From the human T2T-CHM13v2.0 reference genome, Homo sapiens, in NCBI RefSeq assembly GCF_009914755.1, contig NC_060927.1: a stretch of 64,000 bases of DNA; one strand, given 5' to 3'. The notes under the pieces are model-generated. The model saw only the letters and a list, made by a program, of their open reading frames with translations, was not told where the DNA came from and made no database searches. The translations under genes were made by a program, and so were the position numbers. Below are positions 40,436-54,640 of this stretch, one piece after another (position 1 is the stretch's first letter; every line of letters begins with the position of its first letter).

Positions 40436-41228
40436 GCCTCCTGGACAGCATTGATCATTTTCCCTGCACTTTAAGAATGTAACTACGGATTATGGACACG
40501 TGCCTTTCCTAGCTATTCTTAAATTCTGAGCTTAATATAAAATTAATGACATCCTGGGAGCCATGATTCTTCCCTACTACATCTCACTAAGAACATGGTT
40601 TATGAAATCTTTATAGCTAGTTGAAATGTGTTTACTAAGTCTTGCCAGGAAGCTCATTTTATAGGGATATCACACACAGGCAATATAAATTCCTATGGGG
40701 CTAAGAAGCCTTCATTCCAACCAGTGCTTTTCCTCCAAGTAATTCGGTAGGTTTGGAAAATGAAGCATCTGGTCTGCTCTTTTCCACAAGTTTCTAAGCT
40801 TGAATAAAGATCACTCACTTGATACAGAAAGGGTTGGAAAAATTCCAGATCTGGCCTCTGAAGGTTACTTCCCAGAATGCGGCTGTTAACTACCTATTAC
40901 TGTTTAGACCAAGTATCTTTGAGAGGGAAAAACTCGCTTTGATTGCCTAGGTACTTCAAGCTGCAAATCTGCATTTCAGTGAACAACTACTAAGTAAGCA
41001 GACAGGAAAGAGAACCAGTGCCCCGGTCTGTATGCAACATCTTGTTCTAGCCTTTTGTGCCGAAAAGCTATGCAACTGTGAGAAAGTCACACTGTAAGCC
41101 TCAGCTTCCTTCTCAATAAACTGAAGATGATGATGATGTTCTTATAAAGGTAGCGTAAGTGAAAGCACTTAGAAGTTATTCAAATATGACATCATATGCG
41201 CATACACACACACACACACACACATATG

Positions 41229-42135
41229 CAGTAATGTGGCACTTAATAATGGAGCTATGTTCTGGGAAATGCATTGTTAGGCTATTTTATTGTGCCAACA
41301 TCACAAACTGTACTTACACAAACCTAGATGGTGCAGCCTACTACATACCCAGGCTATATGGTATAGCCTATTGCTCCTCCTAGATACAAACATGTATAGC
41401 ATGTTATTGTACTGAATACTGTAGGTAATTGTAACACACTGGCAAGTATTTGTGTATCAAAACATAAAAAAGATACTATAAAAATATGGCACAAAAGGTA
41501 GCTGGCGTGGTGACTCAGGCCTGTAATCCCAGCACTTTGGGAGGCCGAGGTGGGTGCATCACAAGGTCAAGAGATCAAGACCATCCTGGCCAATATGGTG
41601 AAACCCCATCTCTACTAAAAATACGAAAATTAGCTAGGTCTGGTGGCACACGCCTGTAGTCCCAGCTACTCAGGAGGCTGAGGCAGGAGAATCACTTGAA
41701 ACTGGGAGGCAGAGGTTGCAATAAACCGAGATCGGGGCACTGCACTCCAGCCTGGCGACAGAGCTAGACTCTGTCAAAAAAAAAAAAAAAAAAAAAAAGG
41801 CATAAAAGGTAGAAAATGAAAATGGTAGACCTATATAGAGCACTTAACATGAATGAAGCTTACGGGACTAGAAATTGTTCTGGGTGAGCCAGTGAGGGAG
41901 TGGTGAGTGAATGTGAAGATCTAGGATATTATTGTAAACTACTGTAGACTTTAATAAGCACTGTACCCTTAAGGTTACACTAAATTTATTAAAAAATAAA
42001 GTATTAATAATTGCACTATGACATTACAATGTCTACGTCAACACTGGGCAATAGGAATTTTTCAACTCCATTATAATCTTATGGGGCCACTGTCATATAT
42101 GTGGTTCACTGTTGACTGAAATGTTTTATGGTACA
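41229..42135. mobile_element. Tigger3 (MER7/Golem) non-autonomous TcMar element, ~600 bp net, interrupted by an Alu
   Basis: tgtacttacacaaacctagatggtgcagcctactac...ggctatatggtatagcctattgctcc; end ccattataatcttatggggccac...gttgactgaaatg. Confidence 0.88.
41501..41798 (+). mobile_element. AluSc
   Basis: aggtcaagagatcaagaccatcctggcc and cctggcgacag diagnostics; TSD ggcacaaaaggtag / ggcataaaaggtag. Confidence 0.92.
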
Positions 42136-44019
42136 TAAATATATATATATGTGTATATATCCCCAAGATATAAATATGTATATATATCTCTAAGAGCTGA
42201 GCTGTGCATATTATCCAGGTCCTGTATAGAACTGTATAGAACTATGCAAGTGACAAAGCAGAAAAGAATAAACAGAAAAAGTCCATTAAGCCACTCCAGA
42301 GGAAGTGAGTTTGAGAGGGGATGCTGGATTTTCATAATGAGAGAAAGATAATGCAGAGCAGGAAGAGAGATTTTAAAAAATGAGGAGCTGCAGGTCAGCT
42401 ACAGAAGTGGGTTCCAGAGAGTTCCAGTAATGCCAGCACTGGGTTAAGTGGGGAATTTGGGGATGAAATAACAGCAGACAATGCCTCACTTATTAATGGA
42501 AAATCATTTGATATAGAAAAGTTGTGTGCAAGGAGCCATAAACCAAAAACACCAACAAAAACCATGTTTTCAAGAAGGAACCTGCTTGTAACGAGCCAGT
42601 GAAGGTATATACCAATTTAAGAATTAGGTACTAGTGACTTCGAATTATTTAACAGCCAGGTCCATATAGAGAATAAATAGTAGACTATTTTTCTCATATG
42701 GGCTATTTAAGTGAGAGATATAAGCAGATAAAACTTCTTAATTAATTGCTTTCAATAGTTTAGAGTTAGAATAGGTATTTTCAATTTGTATAATGAAAAC
42801 TTGTTTTTAGGAGTTCTTGGGCCAACGAAGAAGGCAATCGCAACATTAACATAGTTTGAATTAAACATCGGTAAAACAACAACTAATGAAAAGCCCAATA
42901 TGTTTTTCTTACTACTTGAAAAAATATTTTTACTTTATTTTTTTTAACCATTTTATCAAATGGTTATCAGGGGCCCAGTGCTCCTGAAGTCAATAACCAA
43001 GGTTCAGAAATCTTTACCCTTTTGCTTTTTGGGAAACGTCCTAAGCCACGAAAACCAACTTGCCGTTGCATATCATAAGGCCCACCTCCAGCCTTCCTGG
43101 TTCCCTGTGTTATAAATCTTCACCTTTTCTCCCTCTTCTTTCAGACCTTCTTCATTTCTGAACATCCCCCCACTTCAATAACCCGAATAAACTCATCTCC
43201 TTAATGGACTGGTACATCTTGTCTTTGACATATTTAACTGTTACAAGAATTCCAGAAAACTGATACTAGAAAAAAATGAAACCATATAGTACATACACTT
43301 TTGGTGCTATTTTCCAGAAGTTGTATGAATGCAAAATCTCAGGTAAACAAAATTTCATAAAGGATATTAAATATCAGTTGATTATACTAGTGCCACAATC
43401 CCAAGAAAGAATATAAGTATCTACGGAAAATCTCATTTTGCACAAAGATAACTTAGTACAACTAAAACTAGTTCAACTTTTTTAGAAAAAACATTAAGCA
43501 AGTAAACCTGACTCTCCAACTATGAGAAGCATTCCAAACTGAGCATGACCCCATAGGTAGCACTGGGAGATTGCATAAGGACCAGAAGGTTTCTAGCAAT
43601 ATGGGAAAAAAAGAAAATCACAGCTTTAGCAAAGGAACAAAGTCCTAACTATGAAGATGACTTAAAGATACAATCCTTAGGCCCACATGGGACCCTGAGG
43701 CCACCCACTTCCAAATTTGAGACTCCCTTAATCTCAAATCCGAGCCACAATTCAGTGGGCCTAACTCCAATTGATGTCTCAAGACTTGTAATTTTCTACA
43801 AGTTTATTGCTTTCCCTCTGAGCAAATAAACATACCACACTTTATTTCTATACTTCTGTGAGATTTCTCATATAAATAAATGCCCAAATCTTGGGAGGAG
43901 AAATACTGTAACCACATATCTTCATTTCAGGCCCTGCATAAATCAATTTACAGTGCAACTCTAAGGTAAAAAAATGCAGCAATAGCAGCCACACTCAATA
44001 ATAAAATCACACTAATTTG

Positions 44020-44200
44020 GACTAATAATTAGTAACCTACTTCCTGAGCACTGCACCAAGCGATTCATATGCTTTATCTCATTTCAGTATCAGGAAAACC
44101 CTATGAAGTGGTTTAAAGTGGCCCCATTTGACAGATGTGAAAGGTTAGGACCAGAGAGGCTTTACTGTGTACCCAAGATGACTAAATTATTGGAAAGTAA
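44020..44200 (-). mobile_element. MIR
   Basis: gcactgcaccaagc...aaccctatgaagt...ccccatttgacagatg. Confidence 0.6.
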
Positions 44201-45369
44201 GTGGTAACATAGTAATTATTAAGAAAGGATTCAACATGCATCACCGTTATAGTCAAAAGACATTGGAATTTACATGAGACCAATAGAATGTGACCAAATA
44301 AAGATATTTAAATGACCAGTTTAATGAATTCAAAACAATGATTAGTAATTAACACATCAATCTTTGAATGTCAATGGATAATTCTAAAGTGCTGCAGCTT
44401 GCTTGAAAAGTGCCTTCTCTCAAGCTGATTAAATATTCTCTCCAAAAATCTTGTTTACATTATTAATTTGCTCAATAACCCCTGTCTTCAGAGAAGTGTA
44501 AACCTCTAGCTGGTCCCTGAAGAGTTAGCACATATTTTTAATTAAAATGGTCTTGAATCAATTGAGTTATTATTTTTCCAGGTTATATTACTAACAATAT
44601 TAACTCCAAATAAGATAGATTAAAAAACAAGGTACATTGAAAGTATGCAAATGTAAGTGTCTTCAACAATGAAATATCTAAAGTTCATATAAAGACCTGA
44701 CTCCAAATTATGAAAAATGGAAAATTAGTCATTTCTGTAGTGTACACGAATGATTTGCAACAGCAAAGAATGTAAGGATGTGTCAAAAGTTTACAAGTTC
44801 AAAGTACAAAATGAACACTTCCTTTAGGAAATGCTAAAACAAAATTAAATACCATTAGAAAGATTTTGACACTTTGCTCTTTTATGAGCCAAATTACAGT
44901 AACAGAGTTGGGAATATAATGATGCAATTATACGCTGTCATGAACAGTTTAATTATTTTATGCCTGAGCAGATTTTTTTTTTTTTTAACTCAAGTGCCCT
45001 ATACAACTTCCACACCTGAATGCTTCTAACTTGGCTTTGCCATTTTCTGACTCTATTTAATTTTCTGGGGACACAGAAGGATGGTCCTTACTTTAAAAAA
45101 TGGTTCTATCAAAATTCATTCTCTTCACTTTTAAGCTCTTAAAGGCGAGGTAACAGTTTTTCAGCATACACTCTCCAGAGGGCTAAACTCATTCATTCAT
45201 TCTTTCCAATGCTCCAATGCCTCCGCCAGGCCAGGCACCAGGCTAGGATGCAACATAGATAGATGTGGGAAGTCAAGGGAGATGACTGACAAACGAGGAA
45301 AATGAAAATCAACAGGAAGTTGTAAAACATAAAGGCAGCTATGGGTCATGTCTATGCCTTCAGGTTTCA

Positions 45370-45545
45370 CCATCAGTCCTGTTTTAAATCCTAGCCCTGA
45401 CTCTATGTAAGTATTTCAGCTCTAAGTTAATCTCTTCACCACCTGGAAAATGGGGGCCATGAAGATCTCTCCCTCACAAGTTGTGAGGTTCAAATGAGAT
45501 GACGATGCAAATCTGGCACATAGTATATGCCCAGTGAATATCAGC
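45370..45545 (+). mobile_element. MIR
   Basis: aaatcctagccctg...cacctggaaaatgggg...gttgtgaggttcaaatgagat...ctggcacatagta. Confidence 0.7.
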
Positions 45546-46074
45546 AGCTACCGAATGATAATAATTGTATTTTTATTACTTTTTGTATTATCATAAGTGT
45601 CACAATAAGCTATATAAAGCATGCTAATAAGAACACTGAGGAAAAGCAATAAATCTTCCTGGAGTAGCTCATTCCGAACAGACAAAAGTTTCAGGGGAGA
45701 GAGGGAGATAATGCTGAGTAATGGGTCTTCAATCTCTATGAGAAAAAAAAATAACCTAAGCATTGTTCAAGAGAAGATGCCATGTTCATTTAAATGACTA
45801 TTTCATCTTAAGAAAGCAGTCTGAGCTACTAATCAAACCAGAACCCTAGCCATGCTGATGATGATCATTAATGTCATCATCCATAAATTCATTTGCTGTG
45901 TCACATCTTGGTGTAGGAATACTCATTTGTTACAGTTATGTCTTCAGTTTGATGTGAAGAGAAAGCAACCATAAAGCAACTTCAAGGAAGCTCCTCCAAA
46001 TAATTAAAATTCTGAAGCATTCCTCAAGCCAAAAGCAGATCAGACCCTCACTGAGGGCACTTTCTATTAAATAA

Positions 46075-46459
<385 letters not shown>

Positions 46460-46529
46460 TTAACCTAACTTTTAAAGTCCTAAATATATCTTCTTAATAA
46501 AAGGGCCACCATTTCTTGTGCACATCTGG

Positions 46530-46800
46530 AGCCCTTTCTGGGCACTAGTCACTGTGCAAAAGTTGTTACACACATAACCTCATTTCCCACAATCCTTCCC
46601 AGGAGACACTACTTATCCAGGGTTGTAAAGATAAGGAAACTGAGGCACAGAGATTTTTAAGTCACTTACGCAAGTTTTACCATAACAAACTTGGGTATTA
46701 CCCAAGTTTAATATTACCATAATAAACCCAAGTTTACTATCAAACAGCAGAGCTCTGATATGAACCCAACTTTGAACTCAATGTCTTTAGTGACTATATT
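46530..46800 (-). mobile_element. MIR with patchwork insertion
   Basis: agataaggaaactgaggcacagaga...aagtcactt...gcagagctctgatatgaacccaac. Confidence 0.75.
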
Positions 46801-48551
46801 ATAATATGAGTACCTTGAGAATATATATATTTTAAATTTCCTTATTTTTAAAAAACAATACTCAAATTCAAAATACAAATTAAGATGGGGTGGGTGAGGT
46901 AGGGTGAGGGGAGTGAATGGATGAAAGAAGGGAAAGGAAGGCAAATTATCCAGCCACTACAGTCAGATGTTAAAGTAGAATTCAGATATCAACCCCAATC
47001 GGGTTGGGTTTTCATTATGATCAGACAAGACTCTTCTTGACCAAAGACTGAACTCAATTTCTAGTCAATGTCTTAGATAACAAGGGCCCTCATCCATTAT
47101 TAGACTTTGAGGTCTTTTCCCTCCATCATTGAGCTTCAGCTCAGCAATCTTACGGCCATTTACAAGGTGACTGATGAGCCTTCATCATAAAACAAGATGA
47201 AAGCAACTTGCCTACATGCACGTCTTCAAAACCAACCAAATGAACCAATTACAGAACAAAACCAGTTTAGTGTGAGGATCAAAATGTGATAATGTTTTGT
47301 TGAGCACAGAGATAGGCACATAGTGGGTTGCTTGTTTATTTGCTTTAGTATGAATAATAATTATTATGGATATTATCAGGATTCCTAAAAAGAGTCATTT
47401 AACTATTATGGGAACAATATAATATACTAGATGCCCTTTCCTCAAGGTTATGCAACCTACATGGGAAAATAACTAAAACAAATGAGTAGCTTCTGCAATT
47501 AAGGATCCTGAGAATGACTTCCCTGCTTGATTTGTGGTAGTAGCTGCATGCCCAAATGGAGGAAAATTATTTGAATAAACATTGGTCAGTGGGGAGAAGT
47601 GAGTTTTAGGACTAGGCTGCTTTCAGAGAAATTCATCAAGAGGAAAAAAATACATAATTTTAAGAAGTCAAAGCCTATTATTAGAAAAATATGTTCACCA
47701 AATGCAGCTCTAATACCTTTAGCAATGAGATAAACTGAGTCTAGCAAGTGGTTGGACTCATAATGATTCGATTTCTTTAACTAGCCCATTAATCCAAAAG
47801 ATGGCCAATCCACGTTCATGAAGACACTGCCAGTGAGCTAGAATATCTGAAAGAGTTGGCATAAAAAGCTCCACCACATGCAATTAATCCACATCTGATC
47901 ACATGCCCCTGAATAATGTCAGCCCACAGATGGGTTTGTACACACAAGATACAGTGTTGCCTTTAAATATTCACAAATATTTTTAAAGTATAACTTTTTA
48001 AAAAACATATATGACTCAGAAAGAACAGAAGGGTTGCACAACTCCCAGATATCTGAAATGATGGTTACCGACAAATCTTCACTGATGCTAAAGAACATTT
48101 ATTTCACACCTACTCTGCCACATTCACTCCCACACACTTCCCCAAACCAGAATTGAATTGTTACTTCACTTTCATGCTGACTTCAGACATAATTGTCACT
48201 TCTGCAAGGTCACACTTTGGGGAACACTATGTACCTTCTTAAATACAACATTAATTATGGAACTAACCTATTTAGTCTCTTGCCCTAAAGACTTCAGCAT
48301 TTAACTCGACTTCCCCATAGTTTACTGTATCATAGCAATTAAGTTAATGGCAGCAGCAGCAGCAGAGAATCTTTTAACCCCTAATGGGCTTGTTCCTCTG
48401 ATTAGACTAGATCAAAGAAGCTGCAGCTATTTGGAGGCAGATTAGAGAGGCTTCTTTTTTACTGATATCAGCACTGAAGAGTGGAAGATCATGTGTGTGT
48501 TGACATCTTACCCAAATCCATCCATGACAGTTTACACTGAAGTTATTCTTA

Positions 48552-49679
48552 ATGAAGACTTTTAATACATCAAGACTATATGGATCAGGAGGCATGAAAG
48601 CACCCTTACATTCAAAGAGAATAAAATACCTAGGAATCCAATTTACAAGAGAGGTGAAGGACCTCTTCAAGGAGAACTACAAACCACTGCTCAATGAAAT
48701 AAAAGAGGATACAAACAAATGGAAGAACATTCCATGCTCATGGGTAGGAAGAATCAATATCATGAAAATGGCCATACTGCCCAAGGTAATTTATAGATTC
48801 AATGCCATCCCCATCAAGATACTAAGGACTTTCTTCACAGAATTGGAAAAAACTACTTTAAAGTTCATATGGAACCAAAACAGAGCCCGTATTGCCAAGT
48901 CAATCCTAAGCCAAAAGAACAAAGCTGGAGGCATCACACTACCTGACTTCAAACAATACTACAAGGCTACAGTAACCAAAACAGCATGGTACTGGTACCA
49001 AAACAGAGATATAGACCAATGGAACAGAACAGAGCCCTCAGAAATAATGTCACATATCTACAACCACCTGATCTTTGACAAACCTGACAAAAACAAGAAA
49101 TGGGGAAAGGATTCCCTATTTAATAAATGGTGCTGGGAAAACCGGCTAGCCATGTGTAGAAAGCTGAAACTGGATCCCTTCCTTACACCTTATACAAAAA
49201 TGAATTCAAGATGGATTAAAGACTTAAATGTTAGACCTAAAACCATAAAAACCCTAGAAGAAAACCTAGGCAATACCATTCAGGACATAGGCATGGGCAA
49301 GGACTTCATGTCTAAAGCACCAAAAGCAATGGCAACAAAAGCCAAAATTGACAAATGGGATCCAATTAAACTAAAGAGCTTCTGCACAGCAAAAGAATCT
49401 ACCATCAGAGTGAACAGGCAACCTACAGAATGGGAGAAAATTTTTGCAATCTACTCATCTGACAAAGGGCTAATATCCAGAATCTACAATGAACTCAAAC
49501 AAATTTACAAGAAAAAAAACAAAGAATCCCATCAAAAACTGGGCGAAGGATATGAACAGACACTTCTCAAAAGAAGACATTTATGCAGCCAAAAGACACG
49601 TGAAAAAACGCTCATCATCACTGGCCATCAGAGAAATGCAAATCAAAACCACAATGAGATACCATCTCACACCAGTTAG
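48552..49679 (+). pseudogene. L1 ORF2 C-terminal fragment, open from a flanking ATG (375 aa)
   Basis: [10 protein letters not shown]...WCWEN...KGLISRIY; lacks endonuclease and FADD; frameshift at A-run ~49512-49519. Confidence 0.9.
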
Positions 49680-50383
49680 AATGGTGATCATTAAAAAGTC
49701 AGGAAACAACAGGTGCTGGAGAGGATGTGGAGAAATAGGAACACTTTTACACTGTTGGTAGGAATGTAAACTACTTCAACCATTGTGGAAGTCAGTGTGG
49801 CGGTTCCTCAGGGATCCAGAACTAGAAATACCATTTGACCCAGCCATCCCATTACTGGGTATATACCCAAAGGATTATAAATCATGCTGCTATAAAGACA
49901 CATGCACACGTATGTTTATTGCGGCACTACTCACACTAGCAAAGACTTGGAACCAACCCAAATGTCCATCAATGATAGACTGGATTAAGAAAATGTGGCA
50001 CATATACACCATGGAATACTATGCAGCCATAAAAATGATGAGTTCATGTCCTTTGTAGGGACATGGATGAAGGTGGAAACATCATTCTCAGCAAACTATG
50101 GCAAGGACAAAAAACCAAACACCGCATGTTCTCACTCATAGGTGGGAATTGAACTATGAGAACACATTGACACAGGAAAGGGAACATCACACACCACACA
50201 CAGGGGCTTGTTGTGGGGTGGGGGGAGGGGGGAGGGATAGCATTAGGAGATATACCTAATGTTAAATGATGAGTTAATGGGTGCAGCACACCAACATGGC
50301 ACATGTATACATATGTAACTAACCTGCATGTTGTGCACATGTACCCTAAAACTTAAAGTGTAATAATAATAATAATAATAAAA
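48611..50383 (+). mobile_element. L1PA3/4-like, 5'-truncated
   Basis: ORF2 3' half, 3'UTR and (taa)n tail; degenerate TSD gaaagcacccttacat 48596-48611 / gaaatcaccgttatat 50384-50399. Confidence 0.95.
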
Positions 50384-50559
50384 GAAATCACCGTTATATA
50401 TTTCAGGCAAAGGTACCCAGTAGCTTTAGGTTTTTATGCCCATCTGCTTTCTCAACACACCTTGACCGCCAACTCTAGATGTCAAAAGCTGATACAGGAG
50501 TCATACATCATTCAATTACGTTCTTCATGATATGGGGGCTATGTGCATTCTACTATATA

Positions 50560-50921
<362 letters not shown>

Positions 50922-50924
50922 TAG

Positions 50925-51085
50925 CTTCATCAAAATCACTTGGAGCTTTTACATTAATGTTTAAAATACAAGCTACATCCCAGAGCTAGTGAATTAGTAT
51001 ATTTTAAGGGTTGAGCCAGAAATTTATAGTTTACCAAAGTTTCCAAGGTGATTCTAATAATGACCTAGTTCCAGAAATCACTGGT
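50925..51085. mobile_element. MER5B-like MITE
   Basis: aaatcacttggagc...ccaaggtgattctaat...agaaatcactgg. Confidence 0.55.
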
Positions 51086-51169
51086 ATATGCCATAATGCA
51101 AAGGTATAAAGATAGTATACACCAAGTAAATAAATGTCAAAGATCAATTAACTAAAACAAAGAGTGGGT

Positions 51170-51295
51170 TGGGAAAAATGAGACTGCCTGAGACTAAAAT
51201 CTCATTCTCCATCAGCTATTAAGGTAGATAAATTACAGCACCTCTTTGAGTTTCAATGCCCTCACTTTCAAAATGGGGCAGTAATAGCTACCACA
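51170..51295 (+). mobile_element. MIR fragment
   Basis: ctctttgagtttcaatgccctcactttcaaaatggggcagtaatagctacc. Confidence 0.55.
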
Positions 51296-53824
51296 GATAC
51301 ATAGGTACAACGCGCTTAGCAGTGGTTTGAAACCACAATAAGCTGCCAAAAAGCATGGCTCATTTTGCTTTTTAACCAGATTCTAGATCTTCTAAACAAT
51401 AAAGCTGATTATAAAGACATTTTCCACAAAATAGCCTTTTTCCTCTCCTTCAATGCTTTTCACTTAATACTGTACTTCTTGCAAAGTCAGTAGGCTGAGC
51501 ATGAACAAATTAAAATTAAAAGCTGAATTACTTAATTAATTTTAAGGCACTCTCAGTTCATTAACAGCATTCCTGCAAGTTAAAAAACAAGAAAACACAT
51601 GGAATGATTGTAAACCGCATCCCAATTTCAGAAATGTTCAAATATATTGGGGTTGGGGAGGTGAGCAGGGCAATCTACTGCCATATCAAACCCAAAAGCT
51701 TCTCTTAAAAAGGCTATGTACATGTATATGCCCACCAGACAAGATGTCCTTCTCTCATGTTGCAATCAGCAACCCAAAAGTCCTGTAAAATAGCCAAAGG
51801 TCAAAATAGTTCAGAAAACACTACTTCTTATAGTCCTCCTCTCCACAACCCTCTTTTCAGAAGTTCGTAACTGGCATATTCACATATCAAAAAATCTGAA
51901 ATTAAGAAATGTCTTCAACAAATATGTCTATCAAACTTGTCTTGAACTTTCCTCACTTACCTTTCGGGGGGCAAATCTGATGAGGACTTATTTTGGGAAA
52001 CATTAAAATTAGGGAAAGTCTTTTGGTTATACTTATTAGGAAAATCATTGTCCAAGTGTCCTGTCTTGCCAGAATGAGAGGTTTATAAGGAAAGAAGTTC
52101 CACGGCTTTGGACTAATAACCAACCATGGGAATCACAGCTTCCTTCCAAGGGAAATAACACCTTTTTTTAAAATTTGCTTTTATATTGGTTAAAAAAAAA
52201 AGAACCATGAGGAAACATCAAGAACCAATATTACTTCTTTGGAAAAACTTTTTGGGGATATTGCTAAGGATTTATATTGCATAATTCAACTAAACGAATT
52301 TTTTAGTTTTAAAAAATCCCAATAATATTATAAACCTAGAAACTGTTTATTCAGATCCACCTTGGTAAAATAAATACATTCAATAAACACAGAATACAGA
52401 CAGCTTTAATTTTTTACATGTGGGTCAGGAGGATCCATCTCTCCCAAAACATGTATCACCCCACATGTGCTGTGATTTACAATCCTCAAAGCATTAAAGT
52501 TTAATTTGTGAATCTACTGTTTCAGATTCATTGGAATTCTGATCCAATAGTCACTCTAAAATAGATGCAGGCTGGAAGACAATTCTCTACATTTTAAAGC
52601 CAGATGGCCCATAACAGCTAAATATTTTTTCTTTCCTTGTTCAGAATATAATTCATGTTGGAAGTAGTGAATCAACTTAAGTACGTACAAATTTAAGGGA
52701 ACCTTAGTCATCAGTCCCAAACTTAGGAATCTATTTAAAGGAAATATATTTTAAGGTTAAGTTTAAAAAATAACAAAAGAGAATACCATATGTAACAACC
52801 CTGGCACAGAACACTTTCTTTAAGAAAACTCCCTTAACGTTAACGGCAAAAAAATACTCTTCCCATTTCACTATGGTAACTAATAAAAATTTTTTCTTCA
52901 CACTGAAAAATAAAATCTTTATTTAATCTAATTCTGTAAGTGCCAAAAACTCTGATTATTTTATCAAGTTATTAAATATGTTATTCAGTAGTGAGCCTTA
53001 TTGATTTTCCTTTTGATTAGAAAAATTACCAAAAAAATCCAGCTCTACAGTTCATAACCTGAGAATGGTAGAAACCCAAGACGTAGAGCACATTATGCAA
53101 CACTCTTAAACAAATCTGCCTCTTGGGATCTCTCTCCTTTTATAGAAAGAGACTCTCCAGCAGCCCCTAGAGACATTCCCATACTAAGTGAGTCAGCTAA
53201 ATAAAATTAAGCAACTAATAAAACAATATGTCATCTTGTTCTCATTGTCATAATTAAAATCCTTTTTCTTTAAGATGAAAGGTGGCAGCTATAGAGTAGC
53301 CTTCAAAATCATAGGCTATGCCGAAGCAGGATCTTCTCTCCAACGCTGTACAGACAACGCAGCTGTCCCTGACATCACCACTTGAAATTATTCCCTATTT
53401 GATATTTTTGACATTAAAAGGCTGAAGTCTTTTTTCTTCTGCAAGTTACTTCCATGCTTGCTTATTAAGCATTCCAAGTTGGTCTCTCACCCAATAGCCT
53501 TAGAAAGCAGACCATCATTATTTAGGGCAAAGGTTTCCAGAGGCAGTCAGAGGCAGGATAAGGATGGGGGATCCCAAACAAGCCATGCTCTTTCCTAAGC
53601 AAAGCACCTCTATTTTGAATGTGTTTGATACACTGAGCTTCCAAATAAGATTGAAATTGATTTTAAAAAAAGGGAACCCCCGCCCCCCTTTAAGCCAGGT
53701 AAAAACTATAACCATCCCTGTCAAGAGCGTTACATGAATCTGTAAATCCTATGACAGACTACCGGTTGAAACCGAGGTTGAAGTCTTCAGTTCGCCTGAC
53801 TCAGTGCTGGTACACAGTAAAAAC

Positions 53825-54640
53825 TAACACTGAATGGGTGCCCCACAGTGAGTGAGGCATTTCAGCAGGACCGGGGGGATGTTATGCAACAAAAACAGTT
53901 ATAGCCCTTGTCTGCCTGGAGTTCACAATCTAATGGAAGGATGATCATTACATCAAATATTAAAGAGAGCTACCATGCAGTAAGCCCATTCTAGACATCA
54001 GCTGCCGTTCTAATATCAACTCATTTACTCTCCACCACACCTTTAAGAATGAGGTACAGTGATCACTCCCCTTTTACAGAGGAGCCACTGAGGCACAGAG
54101 TTGGCAAGGTTGCTAAGTGGCCAAGTTTGGTTTGAAGCCAACGGTATGGCTTGAGTGCCCATGGCTCAACCACTCAACCCTACCTCCTCTCCCAAACACT
54201 GTAAGAACCCAAATGTCAAATGCACCTAGGGCAAGTCCTCGACAGAAAGGCATGGGGTGTGAAAAGAATGTATAATTAGAGGATCTGACCAAGGCAGGGA
54301 GAACACCACTGAGGAATTAATGCAGGAGCTGAGAGCGGAAAGCAGGGTAGTGAAGAGAGGAGGGAAGAGCATCGAGGTAGGAGCAAAAGCAAGAGATCCG
54401 CCAGGATAAAGGGCTTGGAGAGCAGGAGGACTAGAATTCAGCCCATCAGGACAGAGAACATAGGAGGGTGGCAAACAGGAGGTTATGGCCCCAGGCGGAC
54501 AAGGAAAGACAGGAAGGTGCCAACCATGCTGGACCGGGCTAAGACAGCTGGGGAGCCACTGAGGGCATGCTGCAGGGAGATCACTGGGCTAATACTTGTG
54601 AGTCCAAAAGACTTTTCTGGCTGTATCTACACAGTCATGG
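53825..54640 (-). mobile_element. L2 interrupted by a MIR (~53960-54185)
   Basis: gcccttgtctgcctggagttcacaatcta...; MIR ccccttttacagaggagccactgaggcacagag; then gggagccactgaggg L2 motif. Confidence 0.55.
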
